64,000 nt of DNA, taken from NCBI GenBank assembly GCA_041910015.1, contig JAYRRR010000006.1:1503-65502 (forward strand). Reading direction: 5' to 3'. Positions 20,703-29,416 of this stretch are shown here, piece by piece. The notes below the pieces were generated by a model. It was not told the origin of the DNA, searched no databases, and saw nothing but the letters and a program-made list of their open reading frames with translations. How positions within the stretch are numbered: position 1 is the stretch's first letter; each line of letters opens with the position of its first letter. Source of the DNA: Steroidobacteraceae bacterium. GTDB lineage: Bacteria; Pseudomonadota; Gammaproteobacteria; Steroidobacterales; Steroidobacteraceae. A program made the translations under genes and the position numbers.

Positions 20703-23684
20703 ATGAAACGATTCATGCTGCGTACGGCCCTTGCCATGGCGCCGCGTTTGCTGACCAAGACGGCGCGGAAACATCCGCACTTCCGTGCCGCAATGCGCAA
20801 GCACGACTGCATCGTGCAGATCAAGCTCAGGGACAACAGTCTCGGGCGCCATCTCGTGTTCGCCCATGGCACGGTGCGTTCGGAAGCAGGCATCCATCCC
20901 AGGCCCGATGTGGCCATGGTGTTCAAGAACCTGGACGCGGCCCTGATCTTCTTCAGGCCCAGGCAGAACATGCTCGAGGTCGTGCACGCCGCCAAGAACT
21001 TCCTGGTGGTGCTCGAAGGGCCCGACAAACTGGCCGTCTGGTTCATGCAGCTCATGAGCCAGATGCAGTCGGCGGGCCTGCAGTTCGGCACGCCGATGGG
21101 CGACGGGGTGGTGCGCTATACCACCGCGGCCAATGGCGGCCCGCTGTTCGCGTACGTCAAGGACGGGCGCGTCATCCGCACGACGCCCATCGATTTCGAC
21201 GAGAAGGATGCGGCCGGCTGGACGATCAAGGCACGTGGCAAGAGCTTCACGCCGCGCCGCCAGGCCACGCTCAGCAACCACGCGCTGTCGCTCAAGTCGC
21301 TGGCGTATTCGGACGACCGGCTGCTCAGGCCGATGAAGCGCGTGGACTTCGATCCCAATGGCGAGCGCAATCCGCAGAACCGCGGCATTTCCGGCTACGT
21401 GCCGATCAGCTGGGACGAGGCGCTCGACATCGTCACCGGCGAGATCAAGCGCATGAAGCGCGAGCACGGTCCCGGTGCGATCGCCGTGTACAACAGCTCA
21501 CATCATCAATGGGGCAACGTCGGCTACTACATCAGCGCCCTGACGCGTTTCGCGAACCTGATCGGGTTCACCCGGGTTCACCAGAATCCCGACAGCTGGG
21601 AAGGCTGGTACTGGGGAGCGCTGCATCACTATGGAAACGCCATGCGCATCGGGGTGGCGGGAGCTTACGGAACCGTCGAGGACTGCCTCAAGGAATGCGA
21701 GATGATCGTGTTCTGGTCAGGCGATCCCGAGTCGCTTGCCGCTGCCTACAGCGGCTCAGAAGGCACGGAGCGCCGTGGCTGGGCACGTCAGCTCGGCATC
21801 GAGTTCGTGCACATCGCGCCGAATCTCACCGCGACGGCGCAGCTCTTTGGCGGCAAGTGGCTGCCCGTGCGGCCCGGAACCGATGCGGCGCTCGCGCTTG
21901 CCATCATGCACGTCTGGGTCGCCGAAGGACTCTACGACAAGGAATATGTTGCCACGAAGACGAACGGCTTCGACGAATGGCGTGACTACCTGCTCGGCCG
22001 TGACGACGGTGTGCCCAAGACGCCTGAATGGCAGGAGAGCGAGACGGGCGTCCCGGCCCACGACGTGCGCGCGCTCGCCCGGGCCTGGGGGCGCAGGAAG
22101 ACCTATCTCGCCCCCGGCAGCGCCGGCACGGGCTTCGGCGGCGCCTGCCGCAATGCCACCGGCGCCCAGTGGGCGCGCAACCTGGTGCTGATGATGGCGA
22201 TGCAGGGCTGGGGCAAGCCCGGCATCAACATGGGCAACCTGCAACTCGGCACCCCCGTCGATCTCACGTTCTATTTCCCGGGTTATGCCGAGGGCGGCAT
22301 CTCCGGCGAGCTGCAATGGTCGGCGTCGGCCGTCAACAACTACCAGCGCATGCCGCACGTGCTGACCATGAACCCGGTCAAGCAGATGGTGCCGCGGCAG
22401 CGGCTGCCCGAGGCGATCACGCAGGGGCGTGCCACCGGCTACATCTGGGACGGCTCGTCGATGGAATCGCAGTTCGCGCCGTTCCACTACCCGATGCAGG
22501 GGTACTCGCCGATCCACATGCTGTACCGCTACGGCGGCTCGTCGTTCGGAACGATCGCCAGGTCGGGGCGCTTCATCGACATGTACCGGCATCCGTCGCT
22601 CGAATTCGTCGTCAACCAGTCCATCTGGTTCGAGGGCGAAGCGAAGTTCGCCGACGTCATCCTCCCGGCCTGCACGGCCCTCGAGCGCTGGGACATCGGC
22701 GAATGGGCCAACTGCGCGGGCTATGTCCACCATGCGCAGCACCAGGTGAATCACCGCGTCGTGACCATGCAGCACAAGTGCATGGAACCGCTTGGCGAGT
22801 CGAAGTCCGACTACCAGATCTTCCTCGACATCCTCACGCGTCTGGGACTCGGCGCCCTGTATTCCGAGGGCTGCACCGAGCTCGACTGGTGCCGGCGGGT
22901 GTTCGAGTCCTCGGATGTCGCGAAGCACGTCAGCTGGAAGGAGTTCCTCAAGAAGGGCTACTACGTGGTGCCGCCGGACGCGGAGGGGGCGCGGGCGGCC
23001 GTGGACTTCCGCTGGTATGCCGAGGGCCGCACCAAGGACGTGCCGGAGCCGATGCCGATGCCGTCCCAGTACAGCGACGAGTTCGGCAAGGGCCTGCAGA
23101 CGCAGAGCGGCAAGATCGAATTCGTCTCCTCGTCGATCAGGCGCGGCGATCCCGACAATCCGGAGCGTCCGGCCCTGAATCGCTACATTCCGGCCTGGGA
23201 AGGGCTGCAGACCGTCGAGCGGGCGAACAAGTACCCGCTGCAGATGATCTCGACGCACTCGCGGTACAGCTTCCACACCTACAACGACGGCAAGCGCAGC
23301 GCGACCGTCGACATCGAGGACCATCGTCTCGATGTCGATGGCCACTACTACCTGCTGCTGCGGATCAACCCGCAGGATGCGGAACGCCGCGGCATCCGCC
23401 ACCACGAGCTCGTGCGACTGTACAACGACCGTGGCGCCGTGATCTGCGCAGCCGACGTGTCGCCGCTCGTGATGCCGGGCGTGGTCATGGGTTACCAGGC
23501 AAGCGCCGAGTTCGATCCGGTCCCGGACGGCGACGGCTTCGCCGACCGCGGTGGTTGCCTCAACATCCTGACGCCGGACCGGCCGCAGATGCAGGGAACG
23601 GAGGGCATGGGTGCCAACTCGTGCCTGATCGAAATCGAGCCGTGGCAGGCGCAAGCGTGCGCCGGCGCCCGGCAGGTCGCCTGA
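20703..23684 (+). CDS. molybdopterin (bis-MGD) oxidoreductase large subunit, pyrogallol-phloroglucinol transhydroxylase / resorcinol hydroxylase type, with a 131-aa N-terminal extension
   Basis: From residue 132 (MGDGVVRYTTAANGGPLFAYVKDGRVIRTTPIDFD) it tracks the transhydroxylase large subunit as I recall it (NSSHHQWGNVGY, NPDSWEGWYWG, FADVILPACTALERWDI, ADRGGCLNILTPDR). There is no Tat motif and no N-terminal Cys cluster. SD ggggag lies upstream of ATG 20703. Confidence 0.85.
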   Translation: MKRFMLRTALAMAPRLLTKTARKHPHFRAAMRKHDCIVQIKLRDNSLGRHLVFAHGTVRSEAGIHPRPDVAMVFKNLDAALIFFRPRQNMLEVVHAAKNFLVVLEGPDKLAVWFMQLMSQMQSAGLQFGTPMGDGVVRYTTAANGGPLFAYVKDGRVIRTTPIDFDEKDAAGWTIKARGKSFTPRRQATLSNHALSLKSLAYSDDRLLRPMKRVDFDPNGERNPQNRGISGYVPISWDEALDIVTGEIKRMKREHGPGAIAVYNSSHHQWGNVGYYISALTRFANLIGFTRVHQNPDSWEGWYWGALHHYGNAMRIGVAGAYGTVEDCLKECEMIVFWSGDPESLAAAYSGSEGTERRGWARQLGIEFVHIAPNLTATAQLFGGKWLPVRPGTDAALALAIMHVWVAEGLYDKEYVATKTNGFDEWRDYLLGRDDGVPKTPEWQESETGVPAHDVRALARAWGRRKTYLAPGSAGTGFGGACRNATGAQWARNLVLMMAMQGWGKPGINMGNLQLGTPVDLTFYFPGYAEGGISGELQWSASAVNNYQRMPHVLTMNPVKQMVPRQRLPEAITQGRATGYIWDGSSMESQFAPFHYPMQGYSPIHMLYRYGGSSFGTIARSGRFIDMYRHPSLEFVVNQSIWFEGEAKFADVILPACTALERWDIGEWANCAGYVHHAQHQVNHRVVTMQHKCMEPLGESKSDYQIFLDILTRLGLGALYSEGCTELDWCRRVFESSDVAKHVSWKEFLKKGYYVVPPDAEGARAAVDFRWYAEGRTKDVPEPMPMPSQYSDEFGKGLQTQSGKIEFVSSSIRRGDPDNPERPALNRYIPAWEGLQTVERANKYPLQMISTHSRYSFHTYNDGKRSATVDIEDHRLDVDGHYYLLLRINPQDAERRGIRHHELVRLYNDRGAVICAADVSPLVMPGVVMGYQASAEFDPVPDGDGFADRGGCLNILTPDRPQMQGTEGMGANSCLIEIEPWQAQACAGARQVA

Positions 23685-23698
23685 GCGAGGAGTCGACC

Positions 23699-24580
23699 AT
23701 GGCCAAAGGCTGGTATCTGATCATCGACGTCGCCTCGTGCGAGAACTGCTACAACTGCGTTCTCGCGACCAAGGACGAGTACATCGGCAACGAGTTTCCG
23801 GGCTACTCGGCCCCGGAGCCCAAGCTCGGACATCACTGGATCCGCATCGAGCGCAAGGTGCGCGGCAGCGGACCGATGGTGGACGCGGCCTACATGCCGA
23901 CCACCTGCAATCACTGCGACAACGCGCCCTGCGTCAAGGCCGGCGGCGGAGCCGTCACCAGGCGGCCCGACGGCATCGTGCTCATTTCGCCGGAGAAGGC
24001 GCAGGGCCGGCGGGATCTCGTCGCCTCCTGTCCGTACGGCGCGATCTGGTGGAACGAGGAACTGCAGCTGCCGCAGAAGTGGACATTCGACGCCCACCTG
24101 CTCGATGCGGGGTGGAAGACCACACGCGGCGCCCAGGCCTGCCCGACCCGCACCATCAATCCGGTCTATCTCGAAGAGGCCGAGATGCAGGAACGGGTGC
24201 GCAAGGAAAGCCTGCGCGTGCTGCGTCCCGAACTGGGCACGCGTCCGCGCGTGTACTACAGGAACCTGCACCGTTTCGATTCTGTCTTCATCGGTGGCAC
24301 GGTCGTGGCGCAGACCACGGCGACCGAACTCGACTGCGTGGCCGACGCCACGGTCGTGCTCAGCAGCGGTGGCAAGGAGTTCGCCCGCACGCGGACCGAC
24401 GCCTTCGGGGAATTCAAGTTCGATGGTCTCGATTGCGGCAGTGGCGCGTACTCGGTGAATGTCGAGCACGAGAGGTGGGGAGCGGCCCGCGCCGAAACGA
24501 CGCTCGGAGAGAGCTGCTATCTCGGGGTGCTGCGGCTCGCGGCGGGTGCAGCGGGCGCCAGCGCGCAGCACAGGCATTGA
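23699..24580 (+). CDS. transhydroxylase-type small (Fe-S) subunit with C-terminal Ig-like/carboxypeptidase-regulatory-like domain
   Basis: MAKGWYLIIDVASCENCYNC..., CNHCDNAPC, SCPYGAI, RPELGTRPRVYYRNLHRF. The C-terminal beta-domain includes GGKEFARTRTDAFGEFKFDGLD. ATG 23699 lies in ORF 22028..24580. Confidence 0.85.
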   Translation: MAKGWYLIIDVASCENCYNCVLATKDEYIGNEFPGYSAPEPKLGHHWIRIERKVRGSGPMVDAAYMPTTCNHCDNAPCVKAGGGAVTRRPDGIVLISPEKAQGRRDLVASCPYGAIWWNEELQLPQKWTFDAHLLDAGWKTTRGAQACPTRTINPVYLEEAEMQERVRKESLRVLRPELGTRPRVYYRNLHRFDSVFIGGTVVAQTTATELDCVADATVVLSSGGKEFARTRTDAFGEFKFDGLDCGSGAYSVNVEHERWGAARAETTLGESCYLGVLRLAAGAAGASAQHRH

Positions 24581-24629
24581 GGCGAGCACCGGAATTCCGG
24601 GCAGCACTGGAAATTCAAGGAGTCAGGCA

Positions 24630-25514
24630 GTGAAAGTCGCCGTCATCGGTCTCGGCAACATGGGCGGCGGTATCGCCAACCGCATTCTGCAGGCTGGCCA
24701 CGAGCTGACGGTCTGGAACCGCAGCGAGGCCAAGATGACGCCGCTCGTCGCGGCGGGCGCCAGGGGCGCCGCGTCGGCCCGGGCCGCCGTCGAGGACGCG
24801 CAGGTCGTCGTCACCAGCCTCATGGACGACAGTTCGGTGCTGGAAGGCGTACAGGGCCCGCGGGGATTCCTCGCCGGCATGAAGCCCGGCGCCATCCACC
24901 TGTGCGTGACAACGATCTCGCCGGCCTGCGCCGACCAGCTCGGGTCGATTCATGCCGCGCACGGCACGCGCTTCGTCTCGGCGCCGGTCGCGGGTCGTCC
25001 GGATGCGGCCGCGGCCGGCAATCTCACCACCTTTCTCGCGGGCGAGCGCTCGGCGGTCGAAGAGGTTGCCCCGCTGTGCATGGCATTTTCGCGCAAGACC
25101 GTGCGCATCGGCGAGCGACCGGGTCTCGCCAATTCGATGAAGCTTTGCGTGAACTACACGGCCATCTCGATCATCGAGCTCATGGGCGAGGTCTATACCT
25201 TCGCCGAGCGCAGGGGTATCGACCCGAGCGCGGTGTTCGACTTCTACATGGAGGCGTTTGCGCATCCTGCCCTGAAAGCCTACGTCAGGAAACTCAGGGA
25301 GAACCAGGTGCTATCGAGCGAGGGTGGCTTTGCCATGACCGCCGGCCTCAAGGACGTGCGCCTGATGCTCGCGGATTCGGCCGAGGCGGGCGTCTCGTTC
25401 GAGATCGCGAAAATCGTTGAGAGAAAGATGGTGAAAGCCATCGACAGCGGCATGGCGCAGGCCGACTGGAGCGCCATTGCCGCCATCACCCGCTCCGAAT
25501 CCGGCCTGGGCTGA
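24630..25514 (+). CDS. NAD(P)-dependent beta-hydroxyacid dehydrogenase family (HIBADH/6PGDH-like)
   Basis: GTG start after aaggag. VKVAVIGLGNMGGGIA Rossmann motif and NSMKLCVN catalytic-Lys region. Confidence 0.85.
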   Translation: MKVAVIGLGNMGGGIANRILQAGHELTVWNRSEAKMTPLVAAGARGAASARAAVEDAQVVVTSLMDDSSVLEGVQGPRGFLAGMKPGAIHLCVTTISPACADQLGSIHAAHGTRFVSAPVAGRPDAAAAGNLTTFLAGERSAVEEVAPLCMAFSRKTVRIGERPGLANSMKLCVNYTAISIIELMGEVYTFAERRGIDPSAVFDFYMEAFAHPALKAYVRKLRENQVLSSEGGFAMTAGLKDVRLMLADSAEAGVSFEIAKIVERKMVKAIDSGMAQADWSAIAAITRSESGLG

Positions 25515-25525
25515 GGGAGCACACG

Positions 25526-25939
25526 ATGGACGAACTGCTCGCGATCTTCGGATTCGCGTGGATGACTCTCTCGGGCATCCTCGGGGCGTACATGGGCGTC
25601 AAGCACGAGCGGCTCGCGGGCACGCTCGAGCAGCTCGCCCGGTCCGGCCGTCTGCTCGACTATCACCGTGAGCAGAGCGCCTTTCGCTGGGGCATCACCG
25701 TACATGCGCACGGCTTCCTGTTCTCGCTCGTCTGCGTCGCCGTCGCGCTGTGGATGCCGCGGATGGTCTATTCGACCACGGCGGTCGCCGGGCTGGCGGT
25801 CGCGCTCATGATGGCGACGGCGGTCTGGTGGCTGGCCGCGCTGTTCGGACGGGTACGGGCTCTCATGGGCATCGCGGATCTCATGCTGCTCGGCTCGCTG
25901 GTCGCGGCCGGGATCGGGCTGGCCGGGGGCCGCCTCTAG
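25526..25939 (+). CDS. small integral membrane protein (about 4 TM), unknown function
   Basis: 137 aa with four hydrophobic stretches. It is tightly packed in the operon, with 11 nt after the dehydrogenase stop. Confidence 0.6.
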   Translation: MDELLAIFGFAWMTLSGILGAYMGVKHERLAGTLEQLARSGRLLDYHREQSAFRWGITVHAHGFLFSLVCVAVALWMPRMVYSTTAVAGLAVALMMATAVWWLAALFGRVRALMGIADLMLLGSLVAAGIGLAGGRL

Positions 25940-26015
25940 CCATTCGTTCGGGCGGGCTTACACGGGCGCGGCCGGAGCAACGGTCGCACGGGCAAGGCAT
26001 CAACGAGGACCAATC

Positions 26016-26882
26016 ATGTCACTGCAGGCTTTCATTCCGACTCCGGAGTTCGAGGACTACAAGAAGCTTTTCGCGGACAACTACCGGCTGACGCGGCGCG
26101 ACGATGGTGTGATCCTCGCCGAAGCCCACACAAGGGGCGGCCCCATCCAGTTGAGCGTGGAGAATCATCGCTCGATCGGCCAGCTCTTCAAGGTGATCGG
26201 GGCCGATCCGAAGAACGAGGTCATGATCTTCACCGGAACCGGTCCGAACTTCATGGCGGCCGTGGACCCCGATGGCTTTGCGCTGGAGAAGAAGAACCTC
26301 GAGTACTGGTCCTACGAATATGCCTACAAGGACGGGCGCATCAACGTCGCCGCCCTGATCAACGACCTCGAAATCCCGACCATCGGCGTGCTCAACGGCC
26401 CGGCCTTCCACTCGGAACTGTGCCTGATGTGCGATCTGACGATCTGCAGCGACGACACCATCATCTTCGACCCGCACTACGAGATCGGCGCCGTGCCCGG
26501 CGACGGCATCCACAGCTGCTTCCAGGAACTGCTGGGCGTCAAGCGCGCCGCCTATGCGCTGTTCACGGGGCAGGCCATCGATGCAAGGAAGGCCCTGGAA
26601 TATGGCATGGTCAACGAGGTCGTGCCGCGGGAACGGCTGCTGGAGAGAGCATGGGAGCTGGCCGACCACATCATGAAGCAGTCGCGGACCACGCGGCGGC
26701 TGACAGCCCAGGTCGTCCGGCGCCCGTGGAAGCAGCGGATCGTCGACAACCTCGACGGCGGCTTCGGCATCCAGATGTTCTCGCACATTGCGCAGAGGGA
26801 GGCCATGCATTCCGCCGAGACCGGCTCCCGGGTCATGAGCCGCGTCATGACGGACGCGGCGGAAGGCGGGAAGCCGCGCTAG
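26016..26882 (+). CDS. crotonase-superfamily protein, 6-oxocamphor hydrolase-like (putative beta-diketone hydrolase)
   Basis: VMIFTGTGPNFM, PTIGVLNGPAF, FDPHYEIGAVPGDGIH, ALFTGQAIDARKALEYGMVNEVVPRERLLERAWELA. This parallels the OCH sequence as I recall it, including the His/Asp pair. Confidence 0.7.
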   Translation: MSLQAFIPTPEFEDYKKLFADNYRLTRRDDGVILAEAHTRGGPIQLSVENHRSIGQLFKVIGADPKNEVMIFTGTGPNFMAAVDPDGFALEKKNLEYWSYEYAYKDGRINVAALINDLEIPTIGVLNGPAFHSELCLMCDLTICSDDTIIFDPHYEIGAVPGDGIHSCFQELLGVKRAAYALFTGQAIDARKALEYGMVNEVVPRERLLERAWELADHIMKQSRTTRRLTAQVVRRPWKQRIVDNLDGGFGIQMFSHIAQREAMHSAETGSRVMSRVMTDAAEGGKPR

Positions 26883-26912
26883 CCGCGCGCCCGGACCCCA
26901 GGAAACATCGCG

Positions 26913-28391
26913 ATGCCGATTCGTCTCAATGGCAGGAATTACGTCGACGGTCGCTGGACCGACTCGGAGTCGGCCCGGACGTACGCGGTCGAGAATCCGG
27001 CCGACCTGCGCGAGACGTGCCATCGCTATCCGCTCAGCACGGCAGCCGACGTCGAACGTGCGATCCGCGGCGCGGCCGCGGCGTACGTGCAATGGCGCCG
27101 GGTATCCCTCGGCGAGCGCGCGACCATCCTGCGGCGCGCGGTCATGCTCATGCGTGCGCGGCGCGAGGACATCGCGCAGGTCATCACGCTCGAGAACGGC
27201 AAGCTCGTCGCCGAGTCGCTGACGGAGATCGATGCCGCGGCGCTGGAGCTCGAGTTTCAGGTCGGCGAGGGCGAGCGCCAGCTCGGTCGCGCGGGCGACT
27301 GCTATCGAGGCGGGTTGATGGCCTATGCGCGCCGCGAGCCGCTCGGTGTGGTGTCGGTGATCGTGCCCTGGAATTTCCCGTTCAACGTGCCGTGGCGCAA
27401 GATCGGCCCGGCGCTCATGGCGGGCAACACCGTGGTCTTCAAACCGGCGAGCCAGACACCGGCCGTCGGCGAGCTCGTCATGCAGCTGCTGATCGAGGCG
27501 GGCATTCCTCCGGGCGTCGTCCAGTTCGTCACCGGCTCGGGCAGCGAACTGTCGGAGGTCCTGGTCGCCCACCCGCTGATTCGCGCGATCACGTTCACCG
27601 GTTCCACCGAAGTCGGGCGGCGCATCGCGCAGCGGGCAGCGGCGAATCTCGCGCGGACGCAGCTCGAGATGGGCGGCAAGAACCCGATGGTTGTGCTGCG
27701 GGACGCAGATCTCGACCTGGCCAGCCAGGACGCGGTGATCGGTGCGTACTCGTGCGCGGGCCAGTGGTGCACGGCCACGAGCCGGCTGATCGTCGAGGAG
27801 CCGGTGGCCGATGACGTGGTCGATGCGATCGTGGAACGGATCGCCCGCATCCAGGTCGGCCCGGGCCGTCATGCCGGCAGCACCATGGGGCCCGTGGCCG
27901 GGCGCCACCAGCTCCATTCGGTGCTTGCGCACATCGACCGGGCCCGCGAACAGGGCGCGCGCTTTCTCGCCGGCGGCAGGCGCTGCGAAGCCGGCGATCT
28001 GGCGCACGGCTGCTTCATCGCGCCTTCGCTGGTCGATCGCGTCGGCGAGGAACTCGACGCGGCGCGTCAGGAGATCTTCGGCCCGGTGCTCACCGTCTTC
28101 CGCGTCGCGGATTACGCCGAGGCGCTGCGTCTGGCGAACGCCACACCCTACGGGCTCTCGTCGTCGATCTACACGCGTGGCATCGAAAAGGCACTGCATT
28201 TCGTCGAGCACTCGGAAGTGGGTCTCACGCACGTCAATGTGCATTCCGCCTACAAGGAGCCCCAGCAGTGCTTCGGGGGCATGAAGGAGTCCGGCTTCGG
28301 GCTGCCGGAGGCGGGAAGCACGGGCATCCAGTTCTTCCAGGAAGAAAAATCCATCTACATCCGCAAGGGCCAGGCGCTGCCTGCGGCCTGA
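26913..28391 (+). CDS. NAD(P)+ aldehyde dehydrogenase
   Basis: VPWNFPF, FTGSTEVGRRI, LEMGGKNP (catalytic Glu), GQWCTATSR (catalytic Cys). Confidence 0.92.
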   Translation: MPIRLNGRNYVDGRWTDSESARTYAVENPADLRETCHRYPLSTAADVERAIRGAAAAYVQWRRVSLGERATILRRAVMLMRARREDIAQVITLENGKLVAESLTEIDAAALELEFQVGEGERQLGRAGDCYRGGLMAYARREPLGVVSVIVPWNFPFNVPWRKIGPALMAGNTVVFKPASQTPAVGELVMQLLIEAGIPPGVVQFVTGSGSELSEVLVAHPLIRAITFTGSTEVGRRIAQRAAANLARTQLEMGGKNPMVVLRDADLDLASQDAVIGAYSCAGQWCTATSRLIVEEPVADDVVDAIVERIARIQVGPGRHAGSTMGPVAGRHQLHSVLAHIDRAREQGARFLAGGRRCEAGDLAHGCFIAPSLVDRVGEELDAARQEIFGPVLTVFRVADYAEALRLANATPYGLSSSIYTRGIEKALHFVEHSEVGLTHVNVHSAYKEPQQCFGGMKESGFGLPEAGSTGIQFFQEEKSIYIRKGQALPAA

Positions 28392-28415
28392 AGCAAGTCA
28401 GGGGACATCGCGTTC

Positions 28416-29402
28416 ATGTTACTCACCAAGCAACAGAAGATCACGCTCTACACCAACCTCGTCCGCGCCTGCACGCTCGACCGCATGATGATGCGCATCA
28501 TCCGCACGGGCCGCATGGTGGGCTTTTATCACGAAGGTGGCATCGCCCTGGCGCCTGGGATCGCCGCGGGGGCCTTCCTGCGCAAGGACGACATCATGTT
28601 CCCGCATTATCGCGCCCACGGCATCGCGCACATGCTGGCCAAGGGCATCGACCTGAAGCACTACGTGGCCGAGCACATGGGGCGCGTCGACGGATGCTGC
28701 AAGGGACGCTCGAGCTTTCACGTGTCCTTCCCAAAGGATCACGTCTTCGGCTGGTCAGGCAACATCGGCTCCAACTTCCCCCCGTGCGTTGGTTACGGGC
28801 TCGCCGCGCGCTACAAGGGCACCGACCAGGTGGTCATGAACTGCTCGGGTGACGGTTCCTATCAGGAAGGACGCGCCCACGAAGCGATGCTGATGTCCGC
28901 GAACTGGAAGTTGCCGGTCATCTTCTGGTGCGAGAACAACGGCATCGCGCAGCACAGCCCGCTCACCGACCTGTTTCCCGTCTCCGACATCTCGCGTCTG
29001 GCCCAGGGGTATGGCATTCCCTCGAAGATCGTCGACGGCCAGGACCTGCTCGCCGCCGGCGAAGCGGCGCTCGAGGCGATCGCTCACGTCAAGGCCGGCA
29101 AGGGCCCGATCTTCATCGAGCTGAAGACCCTGCGCGTGCAGGAGCACAACGTCGGCGGCCTCAACAACGAAGGCGCGACGCCGCGCGACCCGAAGCTCAT
29201 GCAGGAATGGCGCGAGACGCGTGACCCGGTGAAGATCGCCGCCGCCGCGCTGCTCGAGCAGAAAGTCCTGAAGCAGGCCGACCTCGACCGCATCCAGGCC
29301 GATGCCGACAAGGAAGCCGACGAGATGGACGCCTGGTGCGAGCAGAGCCCGAAAGCAACCCCGCCGGTTTCCGAACTTCTTGCCGGCGTGTACGCCGCTT
29401 GA
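28416..29402 (+). CDS. thiamine-diphosphate-dependent dehydrogenase E1 alpha subunit (acetoin dehydrogenase AcoA-like)
   Basis: TPP-binding motif SGDGSYQEGRAHEAMLMSANWKLPVIFWCENNG. The YRAHG motif is present. Confidence 0.88.
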   Translation: MLLTKQQKITLYTNLVRACTLDRMMMRIIRTGRMVGFYHEGGIALAPGIAAGAFLRKDDIMFPHYRAHGIAHMLAKGIDLKHYVAEHMGRVDGCCKGRSSFHVSFPKDHVFGWSGNIGSNFPPCVGYGLAARYKGTDQVVMNCSGDGSYQEGRAHEAMLMSANWKLPVIFWCENNGIAQHSPLTDLFPVSDISRLAQGYGIPSKIVDGQDLLAAGEAALEAIAHVKAGKGPIFIELKTLRVQEHNVGGLNNEGATPRDPKLMQEWRETRDPVKIAAAALLEQKVLKQADLDRIQADADKEADEMDAWCEQSPKATPPVSELLAGVYAA

Positions 29403-29416
29403 CCGAGAGAACAGCC

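Noticed and set aside
20703-23684. Selenocysteine, a Tat signal or an N-terminal [4Fe-4S] motif in the Mo enzyme.
   Set aside because: There is no in-frame TGA, no RRxFL motif and no CxxCxxxC at the N-terminus. This is consistent with the cytoplasmic transhydroxylase branch rather than formate/nitrate/DMSO reductases.
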